Part shown: one piece after another, positions 27,199-37,463 of the stretch | How the letters are laid out: the number at the start of each line of letters is the position of its first letter | How positions within the stretch are numbered: the stretch's first letter is position 1 | IMG/VR virus record: IMGVR_UViG_3300029374_000001 | Location: 160,001-224,000 of that record | Length of the DNA stretch: 64,000 bases | Source of the DNA: a virus | Direction: 5' to 3' (one strand) | Notes under the pieces: model-generated | What the model was told of the DNA's origin: nothing | What the model saw: only the letters and a program-made list of their open reading frames with translations | Database searches by the model: none | Program-made: the position numbers and the translations under genes

Positions 27199-29442
27199 TT
27201 ATTTTGCCTGTTGTTCGTTATTCTGTTCAGGAGTTTCTTCTTTCTTTTCTTCTGGTTTAGTTTCTGTTGTCTGACCTTCCTCGGGTTTTTCTTCAGGAAC
27301 TTCATCCAGTTTTTTGCGCTCTATTAAAGATTTAAGAATCTTGTTATAGTAATCATTATAGATTGCTTTCAATGCATCGCCTTCACAGCTAAGAATATTA
27401 TTAACTACTTTGGAGTAAATATTGAAAGCAGTTTCAAGAGATTTAATCTTCTTTTCAGCTTCCGGATTAGGAGCATTTTTCTTATCTTCCGATTTCTGCT
27501 GGTCATCATTCTTCTGATCTGACTGAGGATTATTACCAGTAGAATTATTTGCATTAGCCGGCGGAGGAGGAGTTCCAGCCTTATCATTATTAGGCTGTGG
27601 TTTAGTTTCACCAGCATTTGTATCTGGACCTTCATTATAAGATTCTATTCCATCAATATCATTAAAGTATTCTTCTAAGATCTTTTTGATATTTACAGAT
27701 TCTTGTGTTCCATTAGCCGCAGCTGGAGTCGTTTTAATCTTATTCAATTCCTGATCCTTATATCTCTGAGCAGCTTCTAATTTATTCTGAAGTTTATTAC
27801 CAAACTGTGCAGGAACTTTCAACTCTGCTATAGCATCAACCTGAGCAAAGAGTTTAGCGACTGTAGTTGTCTTCATATTTGCTGCTGTCAGTTTAGACAT
27901 AACATAGGTTACATTGTCATCTTTAATTTCTTTTACTTTGGTCAGATCATTGCCAGCAAAATAGTTCTTCAAATATCTCTGACAGGTTTTAGTATCATCG
28001 AGTCCTTCTAGATTATTCATTTCCGGAATAATAGCGGCAAGTAATTTCGGAACTGCTGTCTTTTCATCAGAAGTATTTTCATTAGACATAATCTTTTCAT
28101 AGAAGAACTGGAAGTCTTTCATATTCAGATTAACAGATCTGGATAATGCTGCATCTAAGTTGACAGATGGTACTTCAACTTCATATTCATTTGCAGTAGC
28201 GTCCAATGCTTTCTGCATATTGCCAAGTAAAGATTTATCGTTCTTAATATTCTGTAACTTCTTAGCAGCCATGCCAAAGAAATTAAGAATAGCTTCTTTA
28301 ATTTTAGCAAAGAGAGCTTTGATACGTTCCCAGATTGTTTTGCTGCTATTTTCATCTGCCTCATTAATCAGATCATATACAACCGTATTTGCAAATTCAG
28401 ATTCCAAAGCAATCAGTTGATTAGAATAAATAACATCTTTGGTTTCACTGAATGTATAGAGATCAGACAAATCTGTGTCTTCATCAATCAAAGCGTCTTC
28501 ATCGTCACTAATATCATAAGATTCTGTAATTTTAAACTGATCACAAATATAACTATCAGATTTATCTGGATTTAAGTATTCTGATAAAGCATCAGCTTTC
28601 ATAGAATAGATAATATTAGCATATTTGAGATACTTATTAAAATAAGAGCAAATTGTATTGGACAATTCCTGTTTTCTAAAATCAATCTGCCTACCCTGCT
28701 GATCATCCATTGCTCTATAATGAATAGCTAACTCTGATCTAATCTTATTCAATCTCTTGATAACATCGTTCAGAGAAGAATTATACAGAGCTACAGAGTC
28801 TGTAATTTTATCTATATTTTCTTTGATTTCACTCAGTCTGGATCCAATTTTATCGTCTGATGTCAACTGAATAATTTCAATCTTGTCTCCGCCTCTAAAA
28901 TGAGCATATGTTTTGGCAACCAAATCGGCATCTGTGACTTCATGACATCCGGTCATATCTCCAATGATTGTTCTTTTATCATCATTGATATGATGAATCA
29001 TTTCATTTAATGCGTCATAATAACTCTTAGCTTTATCAGATACTACACCTACTCCACTATAATTATTCATCATAGTTTCAATCTGTGTCAAGACCATGCT
29101 TAATTTCTTCAAGCAAGGAATGGGTTCAGATAAGTTTGTGTATTTGTAAGACTTACCATACATACCGCCATGATCCATTGTAAGAGACATTTGAAATCTG
29201 TATAGATCAAACAGTATTTTCTTAGAAATAATCTTTTCAGATTCTTTAATTCTATAGATCGCATCTTTATAAGAATCAGCTTGGTCAATCTTAACATCAT
29301 CATCAGCAATCAATACAGACTGCTTCATAATAGAAGTTGTCAAAGATGGGTTTTTACTCTCTTTATTGAATTTTACCCCCATGCTATTAGGAGTAAAAAT
29401 CTTTTGAGCCATATTATCAAAAGAGAAAGTAGTATTCTCCAT
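27199..29442 (-). CDS. large hypothetical morphogenesis-associated protein (747 aa) with C-terminal P/N/Q/E/K-rich low-complexity tail
   Basis: Immediately upstream of terminase; C-terminal ~150 aa low complexity. Confidence 0.5.
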   Translation of the reverse strand: MENTTFSFDNMAQKIFTPNSMGVKFNKESKNPSLTTSIMKQSVLIADDDVKIDQADSYKDAIYRIKESEKIISKKILFDLYRFQMSLTMDHGGMYGKSYKYTNLSEPIPCLKKLSMVLTQIETMMNNYSGVGVVSDKAKSYYDALNEMIHHINDDKRTIIGDMTGCHEVTDADLVAKTYAHFRGGDKIEIIQLTSDDKIGSRLSEIKENIDKITDSVALYNSSLNDVIKRLNKIRSELAIHYRAMDDQQGRQIDFRKQELSNTICSYFNKYLKYANIIYSMKADALSEYLNPDKSDSYICDQFKITESYDISDDEDALIDEDTDLSDLYTFSETKDVIYSNQLIALESEFANTVVYDLINEADENSSKTIWERIKALFAKIKEAILNFFGMAAKKLQNIKNDKSLLGNMQKALDATANEYEVEVPSVNLDAALSRSVNLNMKDFQFFYEKIMSNENTSDEKTAVPKLLAAIIPEMNNLEGLDDTKTCQRYLKNYFAGNDLTKVKEIKDDNVTYVMSKLTAANMKTTTVAKLFAQVDAIAELKVPAQFGNKLQNKLEAAQRYKDQELNKIKTTPAAANGTQESVNIKKILEEYFNDIDGIESYNEGPDTNAGETKPQPNNDKAGTPPPPANANNSTGNNPQSDQKNDDQQKSEDKKNAPNPEAEKKIKSLETAFNIYSKVVNNILSCEGDALKAIYNDYYNKILKSLIERKKLDEVPEEKPEEGQTTETKPEEKKEETPEQNNEQQAK

Positions 29443-29563
29443 TTATAATTCTCCTTTCTAACTAAAAAAGTATTTATTTAAATGTTTATGGGGAAGTTTA
29501 TGATATTCTTATAATAAAACATTTTATTAATTAAGCCTCTTTATGAAAGGAGAGTTGATTTAT

Positions 29564-30343
29564 ATGCCTGGAGTTGGTATTGTAAATAGACAAAGCCAAT
29601 TACTTGATCTAATAGAACATCGTTTAGGAACGAAACAATTAAATCTTCCAGATACTTTAAACAAAGATGTTTGGTTTGATAATGTTATATCTAAAGAAAC
29701 GTTGAATACATTTTCTAGATTTTTTCCCTATGAAATGACCTACTATCTGACAGCAGATAGAAGAAAAGGTCCATATTATTTAATTGATGAAAATGTATGT
29801 CCTTCTGTCAATATTATTGGTATAGGAGATATTGATTGGCATATCTTAAGTAAGAATATGCCTGCCTTTGGATTTGGTTCGGGATTCTATTCTACGTTTG
29901 ATTTCTTCTTGAATGGACTGGATGTTGAAGGTATTGCCATGCAGCAACAGATGGTAGACCATGCCAGTATCTTCAAAGCAGGAATCTATGTAGAGTTCAA
30001 ACCACCGAATATGGTTAGACTCCAATCTAATCTTAGTAACAATATGCTGGAAATGCTAAAAGCAATTCCAATTCATTTGTTCGTCGTTCATGCTCCTAAC
30101 TTGATGACTATTGAGCCTACTAAGATGGAGACATTTGAACAATTGGCGGTATCTGATGTAGCAATATTCCTTTATAATAATTTGAAGTACTATAATAATA
30201 TCAATACTCCATATGCTACAGCAGAATTACAAATTGATATACTTCAAGATTATGCTAATAGACGAGACGATATTGTACAGCAACTTCGTGACGGATACGT
30301 CTCAGCAAGCAATCGTTATCAGAATATTATGATTACAATTTGA
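29564..30343 (+). CDS. hypothetical protein (start likely at internal ATG with RBS aaaggagag)
   Basis: ORF track 29543 start lacks RBS; ATG at 29564 is 8 nt after aaaggagag. Confidence 0.45.
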   Translation: MPGVGIVNRQSQLLDLIEHRLGTKQLNLPDTLNKDVWFDNVISKETLNTFSRFFPYEMTYYLTADRRKGPYYLIDENVCPSVNIIGIGDIDWHILSKNMPAFGFGSGFYSTFDFFLNGLDVEGIAMQQQMVDHASIFKAGIYVEFKPPNMVRLQSNLSNNMLEMLKAIPIHLFVVHAPNLMTIEPTKMETFEQLAVSDVAIFLYNNLKYYNNINTPYATAELQIDILQDYANRRDDIVQQLRDGYVSASNRYQNIMITI

Positions 30344-30355
30344 TGGTGATATATT

Positions 30356-30586
30356 ATGCTATACACAGAAGAAGAATACAGACAGGCTTATAGACAAGGC
30401 TTTAATGACGCTGTACACGAATTTAATGAAGGATATCAGATTAAAGATAAGACGATGAATAATGCAACCTCTAGAATTGTATATAGACGTCATTTGCCTA
30501 AACTAAAGCCCGAAAAGGCTAAAGCTAAAATCTTTAAAAAGTCTGCTTATGAGAAATATAAAGACAAATCTTTAATAATCAAATAA
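30356..30586 (+). CDS. small basic protein; N-terminus MLYTEEEYRQAYRQGFNDA paralogous to 23747..24034
   Basis: Shared N-terminal motif. Confidence 0.45.
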   Translation: MLYTEEEYRQAYRQGFNDAVHEFNEGYQIKDKTMNNATSRIVYRRHLPKLKPEKAKAKIFKKSAYEKYKDKSLIIK

Positions 30587-30599
30587 AAAATAAAGATGA

Positions 30600-30635
30600 T
30601 ATTCCCATAGCCCATATAGGCTATGGGAGTCTATT
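30600..30635. terminator. bidirectional hairpin terminator (tcccatagcccatataggctatggga)
   Basis: Perfect palindrome between convergent genes. Confidence 0.6.
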
Positions 30636-30939
30636 ATGCGCTACATACTTTAAGAAAATCATCTTTAGATATAGTACAGATATATACACCATTATGTTTA
30701 TCTTTAATAAACAGTCTGTAATCTGTAGATGGCTTAAGATCTACAGATGAGGTATTATCTGTAATATAGATATCCAATCCATGTTTCCTAAGAGTTTGAA
30801 TATCTTCAGAGGTTAACATAAATTGTCCATCTTGATACAGAAAAGATTTTACAATTTCCCGAATTAATCCAGAATTATTATCCTTTGATATATATTCGAA
30901 TAGAAGTTGTAATTCTTTAATAAGTCCTTCATCAATCAT
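30634..30939 (-). CDS. hypothetical protein (101 aa)
   Basis: ATGA overlap with upstream gene. Confidence 0.45.
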   Translation of the reverse strand: MIDEGLIKELQLLFEYISKDNNSGLIREIVKSFLYQDGQFMLTSEDIQTLRKHGLDIYITDNTSSVDLKPSTDYRLFIKDKHNGVYICTISKDDFLKVCSA

Positions 30940-31652
30940 GATAATCCTCCAGACTTAGCAATAGCTGTTCTAATTAGATCATATGCATCATTAAGATCCA
31001 TTGTCTTTCTGTCTACATATGTTTCTAATGGAACTCGTAATGATTCTTTACAAATCATATCTAGTTCATCAAAAGCTTTTTCTTTAGACATTGGAATGTA
31101 GTATTTATTTACATTAGATTTAAGTTCTTCATAAGATAGATGTTGATATGTCTGATCAAATACCACAGGAACTTTTAATGCTTTAATCAAATCATTCTTA
31201 TGCTCTCTGATAAATAAGAGAGTATTGTACTTATTACCCAACTCAATATCTTTATAGTTTCTATATTGTATAGAATGTCTATTAAAAGTGTAAGTATTCT
31301 TAGCTTTATATTGATTCAGATGAGATAACTCATGAATAACTACTTCCGCTATGAATCCTCTCTGTCTGGGTAAATTGTTGGCAAATGCGAATTGTATATA
31401 TCTGACTATAGTATCTAAATAAATTGTAATCGTATTCAGATACATAGATGCATTATACCGAGTAACATATCCTTCAGTAGAATAAGACAATTCTGCACAA
31501 ATAATGAGTGGATTAATCTTTCCATTGGTATAATCGTAAGTATCATAGACAATATTCTTAATATCTTCTATAGATAATATTGTCTCTATTCCATATTCTT
31601 GAATTAAGGATGCATCCATATTACTTTCTCCTATGACATAAAGTATATGCAT
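30936..31652 (-). CDS. HExxH zinc-metallopeptidase-like protein (SprT/ImmA-like motif VVIHELSHL)
   Basis: Single HELSH motif in hydrophobic context; family assignment tentative. Confidence 0.4.
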   Translation of the reverse strand: MHILYVIGESNMDASLIQEYGIETILSIEDIKNIVYDTYDYTNGKINPLIICAELSYSTEGYVTRYNASMYLNTITIYLDTIVRYIQFAFANNLPRQRGFIAEVVIHELSHLNQYKAKNTYTFNRHSIQYRNYKDIELGNKYNTLLFIREHKNDLIKALKVPVVFDQTYQHLSYEELKSNVNKYYIPMSKEKAFDELDMICKESLRVPLETYVDRKTMDLNDAYDLIRTAIAKSGGLS

Positions 31653-31685
31653 AGCCTATATAGGCTATGCATACTTCTTATTATA

Positions 31686-32543
31686 TTAAGGAATATCAAC
31701 ACCTTCAGACTGTAATTGCTGTCTGATGATATTGATCTTATTAAAGTTAATTGTATTCAATTGTCTAAAGCTCAAACCAATAGCATATTCATTGAAATTT
31801 CTTCTAGAGAATTCATCACCAATCATCTTCAGATAGTGAATGATAGCCGATGTATCTAAGTTCTCCAAGATCAATAGAATCGTGTTCTTGATTTGCGCGT
31901 TATTTCCTTCTACAATAGGAGTTACCCAGGGTTCTTCTTTTTCTATACCTCGATCAATCGTTGTATCGAAGACAGTACCCATCAATAGAGCAGAAAACTC
32001 CTTAGAATAAAATACAGCATAAATATATCTTAGGTCTGCTATAGTCAATACAGACTTAGTAGACGTACACAAAGTAAAGTTTACTCTGGATACTCTTTCT
32101 ATATCATCCTTAATAGAATGGTTAGTAATCGCTAAGAATGTTAGAAGTTCATAATCAATATGCTTTAATGCTTTCAATTGATCAATCTCTTCTTTATTGA
32201 TTAGCTCTCCCAGCATGAAGATCAAACCTTTGATATAATTATCGGGATGTAAAGATGTGATGGCATAGTATAACAATGAATCACAGCACATCTTTAAGAA
32301 ATCATCTACATTGATTGTATATATCACTTGATAAAGTATAGAGATAAATCTAGAGTTCAATAAGAGCTGTGTATATCTATGTCTATTCTCATAGATCTCA
32401 AAGATAATATCTCCATACTTTTGTTTCATTGTATAAAAGATTTCAGAATCAGAGGATTCATCAATATGATCTAAAAAATCTATAATTGATGAATCAATAT
32501 AATCATTTGTAATCATATTAACGTAACCTCCTTTCCCTAACAA
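31686..32543 (-). CDS. hypothetical protein (285 aa), translationally coupled to tubulin-like gene
   Basis: Start adjacent to tubulin-like stop (32543/32544). Confidence 0.5.
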   Translation of the reverse strand: MLGKGGYVNMITNDYIDSSIIDFLDHIDESSDSEIFYTMKQKYGDIIFEIYENRHRYTQLLLNSRFISILYQVIYTINVDDFLKMCCDSLLYYAITSLHPDNYIKGLIFMLGELINKEEIDQLKALKHIDYELLTFLAITNHSIKDDIERVSRVNFTLCTSTKSVLTIADLRYIYAVFYSKEFSALLMGTVFDTTIDRGIEKEEPWVTPIVEGNNAQIKNTILLILENLDTSAIIHYLKMIGDEFSRRNFNEYAIGLSFRQLNTINFNKINIIRQQLQSEGVDIP

Positions 32544-33713
32544 TTAGAATTCTGGATCTACTGTAATGGTTTTGGTAAATTTGCCTTTTTCCGTTTTTAC
32601 TGTATCTCCAGTAAGTTCACTAAAGAAATCATCTTTAGCCAATCTGACATCTTCTGTAGATTTCTTACTACGAAGCGTATCAAATCCCGTAGAGTCTGTA
32701 ACAAATTCTTTAGAGAAGAAATCATCTTTAGATTTATCTACAGAATCAGAATTCTTAACAAATTCTTCATAAGCATTCTCAATATCTTCAATAGGCATTT
32801 TTAATCCGCTAATGATAAACTGAAGATAGTTGTGATCATGAAGTTTCTGAATATGAGAGAATGCTTCGAAGGGAAGACCAAATCTTTCTTTCAGAACTTC
32901 ATTATTATAGTCTACATAATCTGCTTCTTTATCTGAGATATTCAGAATAGTTCCTCTACGTTTACAGGTAGGTTCTACATTTAATGATTTGGAATCATCT
33001 ATAGCTTCAATCAATTTGGTATTATAAGAATCTACATTCTTTACTTTTCCCAAATCTACGTCTTCTATAACCATGAATCCAGGGGTGTTTACGAGCTTCA
33101 ATAAATCGGATTCGTCGATATTTTGACTTGACTCGGTAATAGTACCACCCAACAGTATTCTGATGCTCTGACAGAACTTTTTGTTTGCCATCTGTTCTGC
33201 TTTAGTTCTATTTCCATGAGCTTCATCTAAGAACTTAGCATTGGAAATAGATTCTACTGTATAATCGGAATCCAGCTCTTTAAACAAATCTACTGTATTC
33301 TTGATTCCTCTGACATCAGAGTTGAATCCGGTAAATACAAAAATATGAACATGGGTCTTATATACAGAACTAATATATTTAGCTAAGATTGGAGTAGCTC
33401 CGGATCCAGTACCACCTTCTGCTGATGTGACAATAATAGTCATGGCATCGTCTGGATCTGCCGGATAATCAAAATCTCCAGATTTTAAATTAGAAATCAT
33501 AATATCTCTGGCCACTGCTCGTTCTTTAGCACAGCCTTTATAATCTCCAACCAGTTCTACAGCATTTTCTCTATATTCGGTCGGAATATCTTTGAGTGTA
33601 GTATTGATTAGAATAATGGAGCTTGCTAATTCAGGAATCTCTTTCATCAATTCGATACCTGCTTTGTTGGCTCCTCCACCTAAGCAAAGTATTTTTGCTT
33701 TCAGTAACATCAA
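32544..33713 (-). CDS. tubulin/FtsZ-superfamily GTPase (PhuZ/TubZ-like) with acidic C-terminal tail
   Basis: T1 loop KILCLGGGANKAGIEL (cf FtsZ GVGGGGGNA) and T4 signature TSAEGGTGSGATPILAK (cf GGGTGSG/GGGTGTG); C-terminal duplicated KDDFFS(K/E) motif. Confidence 0.7.
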   Translation of the reverse strand: MMLLKAKILCLGGGANKAGIELMKEIPELASSIILINTTLKDIPTEYRENAVELVGDYKGCAKERAVARDIMISNLKSGDFDYPADPDDAMTIIVTSAEGGTGSGATPILAKYISSVYKTHVHIFVFTGFNSDVRGIKNTVDLFKELDSDYTVESISNAKFLDEAHGNRTKAEQMANKKFCQSIRILLGGTITESSQNIDESDLLKLVNTPGFMVIEDVDLGKVKNVDSYNTKLIEAIDDSKSLNVEPTCKRRGTILNISDKEADYVDYNNEVLKERFGLPFEAFSHIQKLHDHNYLQFIISGLKMPIEDIENAYEEFVKNSDSVDKSKDDFFSKEFVTDSTGFDTLRSKKSTEDVRLAKDDFFSELTGDTVKTEKGKFTKTITVDPEF

Positions 33714-34174
33714 TAATCATCTCCTTCATCGTCATAATAATTTTCATCATTGGTAGCAAGACACCCCTCAGTATCTTTGAGAAAGATATTAAACATTGCT
33801 TTATATTGCAGTTTATCTCTCTTAGATGCTTTGGTGAATTGACCTTTGATTGATTTGGTTTTTAGATAGGTATTTCGGTATATATTGACCCCATTGTGTA
33901 AACCGTAATACTCTATTTTTAAAGTGTTCTTCCCTAAATTGATAAGTAAAGTGGGAAGATGATCTTTTGTATTACCGTATACATATTTCTTAGGGCTTGT
34001 TTCCATATTTATTTGAAATTGGAAATTGTCTTGATTGGTAAAGTATAGAGGGTTTAGCTCGCCAACATTAATGTCGACTATATGTAAATATGGCATTCCA
34101 AATCCTACATCGATAGGCATTGATTTAGCCTTTTTATTCTTTATCTTTTTCTTATTCATTTGTATACCCTCCAT
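33710..34174 (-). CDS. hypothetical protein (154 aa)
   Basis: ATGA overlap with tubulin-like gene start. Confidence 0.45.
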   Translation of the reverse strand: MEGIQMNKKKIKNKKAKSMPIDVGFGMPYLHIVDINVGELNPLYFTNQDNFQFQINMETSPKKYVYGNTKDHLPTLLINLGKNTLKIEYYGLHNGVNIYRNTYLKTKSIKGQFTKASKRDKLQYKAMFNIFLKDTEGCLATNDENYYDDEGDDY

Positions 34175-34229
34175 AAAAATATAAAATCAAAACAGGTCTT
34201 ATGGCCTGTTTTGATTTATTTGTCGGATA

Positions 34230-34985
34230 CTACAATGCGTTAGTTGATCTATCCATAATATTGGATATTGCATATGGCCAATTTGGATCTGTTGCGTAAT
34301 TGGCATCTTTCATGGATTGCAACGTAGTATAACCATTATTATAGTAATGTTTTGCAATCCACTTGGCTCCATTAATAATTCCTTCTTCTATGGAGTCGCC
34401 CATAACAAAACCCCGACCAGGGTCTGCATCAATACAATTGATACCAAAATAATTGTGTTTAGTTCTGGCAATGTATGATGTTCCCCATGCGGATTCTATA
34501 GCAGCATGGGCTAGGATATAAATTGGGTTAAGTCCAGTTTCTTGAGAGGCCTTGATAAACACGTCTCCTTTGCCCTGAAAGTTGGATTGAACGCCCATAT
34601 GGAACACCCAATAGTCGATAATTTTATTCATATCCTTGGTTGTCAGTTTCATATCTACATTAGACAAATCGGAATAGTTATTATATCCCATATTTTTAAT
34701 GTAAGATACATTAGTTGCATGTTCTTCTAAAACTTTTTCCTGTTTTTGATCAATTTGTTTCTGGTTATCACGAATTTCGTATAACACATCTAGCACGTTT
34801 TCATTAGCTGTTTGTGCTTCGGTTAATTGTTTCTGCATGGCATTTACTTTAATGGAGACGTCCATTAGATTTCCCCATAATACAATATTTGACACACAAT
34901 AAACAATATACAAAAGTACGGCAATATACATCTTCTTAGCAATTCCCGTTCTTTTGGAGTTTTTCGTACAATACATACTTAGCAT
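34230..34985 (-). CDS. peptidoglycan hydrolase (glucosaminidase-family lysin) with N-terminal signal-anchor TM
   Basis: NPIYILAHAAIESAWGTSYIARTKHNYFGI matches Glucosaminidase/FlgJ motif (LAQAALESGWG...NNLFGI); N-terminal hydrophobic helix IAKKMYIAVLLYIVYCVSNIVLW. Confidence 0.7.
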   Translation of the reverse strand: MLSMYCTKNSKRTGIAKKMYIAVLLYIVYCVSNIVLWGNLMDVSIKVNAMQKQLTEAQTANENVLDVLYEIRDNQKQIDQKQEKVLEEHATNVSYIKNMGYNNYSDLSNVDMKLTTKDMNKIIDYWVFHMGVQSNFQGKGDVFIKASQETGLNPIYILAHAAIESAWGTSYIARTKHNYFGINCIDADPGRGFVMGDSIEEGIINGAKWIAKHYYNNGYTTLQSMKDANYATDPNWPYAISNIMDRSTNAL

Positions 34986-35297
34986 CTCCTTAAGAATTCG
35001 AATACGATAGTTGAAGTATATGTCAAAAAGAAAAGAGTTATACCCTTAGGTATAACTCGTTGTCTTTGTTAGTTTCCTTCATATAGAAGGTATAGAGATA
35101 AAATTAGAATAGACTCTCTTATTTCTTTTCTTTTTCTTTAGATTCTTGATAGGTCTTCTGATCTTTTTCAGATAGTTCTTCTACCATACCACCAAGATCG
35201 CCATCTTCGGTAATAACCGAGATCTTTTCTTCTTTATCACTCATGATATAATACCTCCTTTTTTAATAATTGGATTACTCATAAGTTTTGAATTAAA

Positions 35298-35675
35298 TTA
35301 CTTTTTAGATTTCTTAGCCTTTTTGGCTACAGGTTTAGTTACTTTCTTCTTAGCGGCCGGTTTCTTTACAACTTTCTTTGCCGTTTTCTTGGGAATATAC
35401 GGCTTATTCAGAAGCAGTTTATCTTCCATATGCTTTATTCTGTATGCTTTACCCCAAGCAATAGCATCTTTCTTTTCTGCATTCTTAAGCACTTTGATAA
35501 CTCTTACTGACAGATATTTTTCAGTAATTGTTTTGTCATAAAACCGAAGAGTATTGGTATCTACGGTAAGCTGTCTAGCAACAAATGCTTCTCTGTCTAA
35601 GGATGAAGCAGTAATTACATACTTCTTCGTTTTTGTGTTCATTACTTTGTACACTCTGTAATCTTTTTTATCCAT
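35298..35675 (-). CDS. lysine-rich histone H1-like DNA-binding protein
   Basis: C-terminal tail KKTAKKVVKKPAAKKKVTKPVAKKAKKSKK. Confidence 0.4.
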   Translation of the reverse strand: MDKKDYRVYKVMNTKTKKYVITASSLDREAFVARQLTVDTNTLRFYDKTITEKYLSVRVIKVLKNAEKKDAIAWGKAYRIKHMEDKLLLNKPYIPKKTAKKVVKKPAAKKKVTKPVAKKAKKSKK

Positions 35676-35746
35676 GTTCTTTTCTCCTTTTGGAATAAAA
35701 CGTCGTACCTAAATTTGGTACTCTTAATAATAATATATAACTCAAA

Positions 35747-36502
35747 TTAGCTTTCTCTATGAATCCTATTTTCTGTTCTCTTATCTACTGTATGTGGTAA
35801 ATAGTATCCTGTCATAATCAAATTGCTGGCTATACCAGCTCCAATCAAATAAGCATTGAATGTATTACGAGCAATAGAGTCTTGTTTAGAAACTTCTACA
35901 TCTTTTAAGGACACCATATTCTTTTCTGAAATGGTAGCATAAAAAGCATCTTTTGCTCTCATAGCATCTGCTCTATAAGTTGAAAACTCTCTCATTGTAT
36001 TGGGCAATCCCATTACAGCTAAGCATTCCATCTCTCTATCAGACATATTTCCATTCTTATCCTTATTGATCAGTCTACCATTCTTCATATTTCGTTCATC
36101 AATATTGATGGACATAGAGTTCTTCTTAGCTAAGAACTGCTTCATTTTCTTTATAGGAACATAGACAACCATAGCATCATAGTTAGTTTTAACTGGTCTG
36201 CCTTTATTGTCTGTGTATAAGAATGGCATATATAGTTTTTCCATTAGTGGTACATGAATGGTGTCTAAAGCTTTAGTAATCTGATCCATCTTTGGTTCGA
36301 TTTCAAATGTTCTCATTTGAAACTTCAATGGAAATTCTTGCTTAAAATACTCATAGAATTGATCATTGGTCATGCCTTTGAATTTATTCATATACCAGGT
36401 TTTATTCTGTTCTGTGGGGTCTAAAATATCCATTACTTTATAGATTAAGAGTTCTACTTCTTTACGTTGTTTGGATGTAATTGCCATATTAGCACCTCTC
36501 AA
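35747..36502 (-). CDS. hypothetical protein (251 aa)
   Basis: ORF. Confidence 0.45.
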   Translation of the reverse strand: MRGANMAITSKQRKEVELLIYKVMDILDPTEQNKTWYMNKFKGMTNDQFYEYFKQEFPLKFQMRTFEIEPKMDQITKALDTIHVPLMEKLYMPFLYTDNKGRPVKTNYDAMVVYVPIKKMKQFLAKKNSMSINIDERNMKNGRLINKDKNGNMSDREMECLAVMGLPNTMREFSTYRADAMRAKDAFYATISEKNMVSLKDVEVSKQDSIARNTFNAYLIGAGIASNLIMTGYYLPHTVDKRTENRIHRES

Positions 36503-36905
36503 GCCTTATATAACTATTATGAGTATGTTTTTATTCTAGATTTAGGTATGGAAAATATTGAAAAATACAAAAAATAATACATATAATTAAAGAGAAAGCT
36601 CACAGGAGGCAAGCTTTCTCTTGGACATATAGCCGTAAGAGCCTTATCACAAGACTCTAAAAGAATCATTACGATTCTAAGATGTAATCTTGTGTTTTCA
36701 CAAGATTGTTGAGAAATGCTATTTTCATTTTGTAATAGCATTCTTTGTTCTGATCTGTTATCGGGATTGACTCCAGATCAGATAGTGCTTTTCTAAGAGT
36801 ACTGATATACTCTTTAGCACTAATTGAATTATGCTTATTCATAATCCAAGTCCTCCTTTTTATAGGGATAAGAGAATATAGTTCCAGCTATATTCTCTTT
36901 CATCT

Positions 36906-36942
36906 CTATAGTATATAAATAAAAAGAACTTAGATTACAAAA
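36906..36942 (-). promoter_or_regulatory. conserved sigma-A-like phage promoter
   Basis: ctatagtatataaat-N10-tagattacaaaa; preceded on minus strand by terminator hairpin aacactggctcatatgagccagtgtt. Confidence 0.5.
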
Positions 36943-36977
36943 AATAAACACTGGCTCATATGAGCCAGTGTTCCAAT

Positions 36978-37331
36978 TTAACCATTCGCGTCTGTAGCAT
37001 AATGTGCTATATAGACTCTATTCTTAGTAGAAGATCCTCCGACAAATCCGCGTACAGCATCTTTGATGATCTTCTCAACTTTGGCTTTTGTATCTTTACA
37101 ATACTTGCCAACAGATTTATACGTCGTGTTGAGAATAACAGGATCATTCCATTCATCGACTGGTATCGTCATGATTTTAATAGATACTCTTGATGGTTTC
37201 TCTTCATTGTAGCAGACTGAGGCCTGATATCTACCAATGAATTCGTCGTCGATGATCAGATTGAATCTGTACATGTACTGAGTCAATCCGTTTGGGAAAA
37301 CCGTCTCTGTGAATGGTCTCAAAATAATCAT
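36978..37331 (-). CDS. hypothetical protein (117 aa)
   Basis: Downstream of promoter copy at 37393-37431. Confidence 0.45.
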   Translation of the reverse strand: MIILRPFTETVFPNGLTQYMYRFNLIIDDEFIGRYQASVCYNEEKPSRVSIKIMTIPVDEWNDPVILNTTYKSVGKYCKDTKAKVEKIIKDAVRGFVGGSSTKNRVYIAHYATDANG

Positions 37332-37392
37332 TATAGTCCTCCTTTTGACTAAAACAATTTAAGAAGTATTTGTACATTATACTTCTTTCCAT

Positions 37393-37431
37393 CTATATAA
37401 TATATAATCAAAAAAGAAATAGATTACAAAG
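37393..37431 (-). promoter_or_regulatory. conserved sigma-A-like phage promoter
   Basis: ctatataatatataa-N12-tagattacaaag; preceded on minus strand by terminator caaagagccattatggctctttg. Confidence 0.5.
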
Positions 37432-37463
37432 AGCCATTATGGCTCTTTGTAATTTTAAATGAA

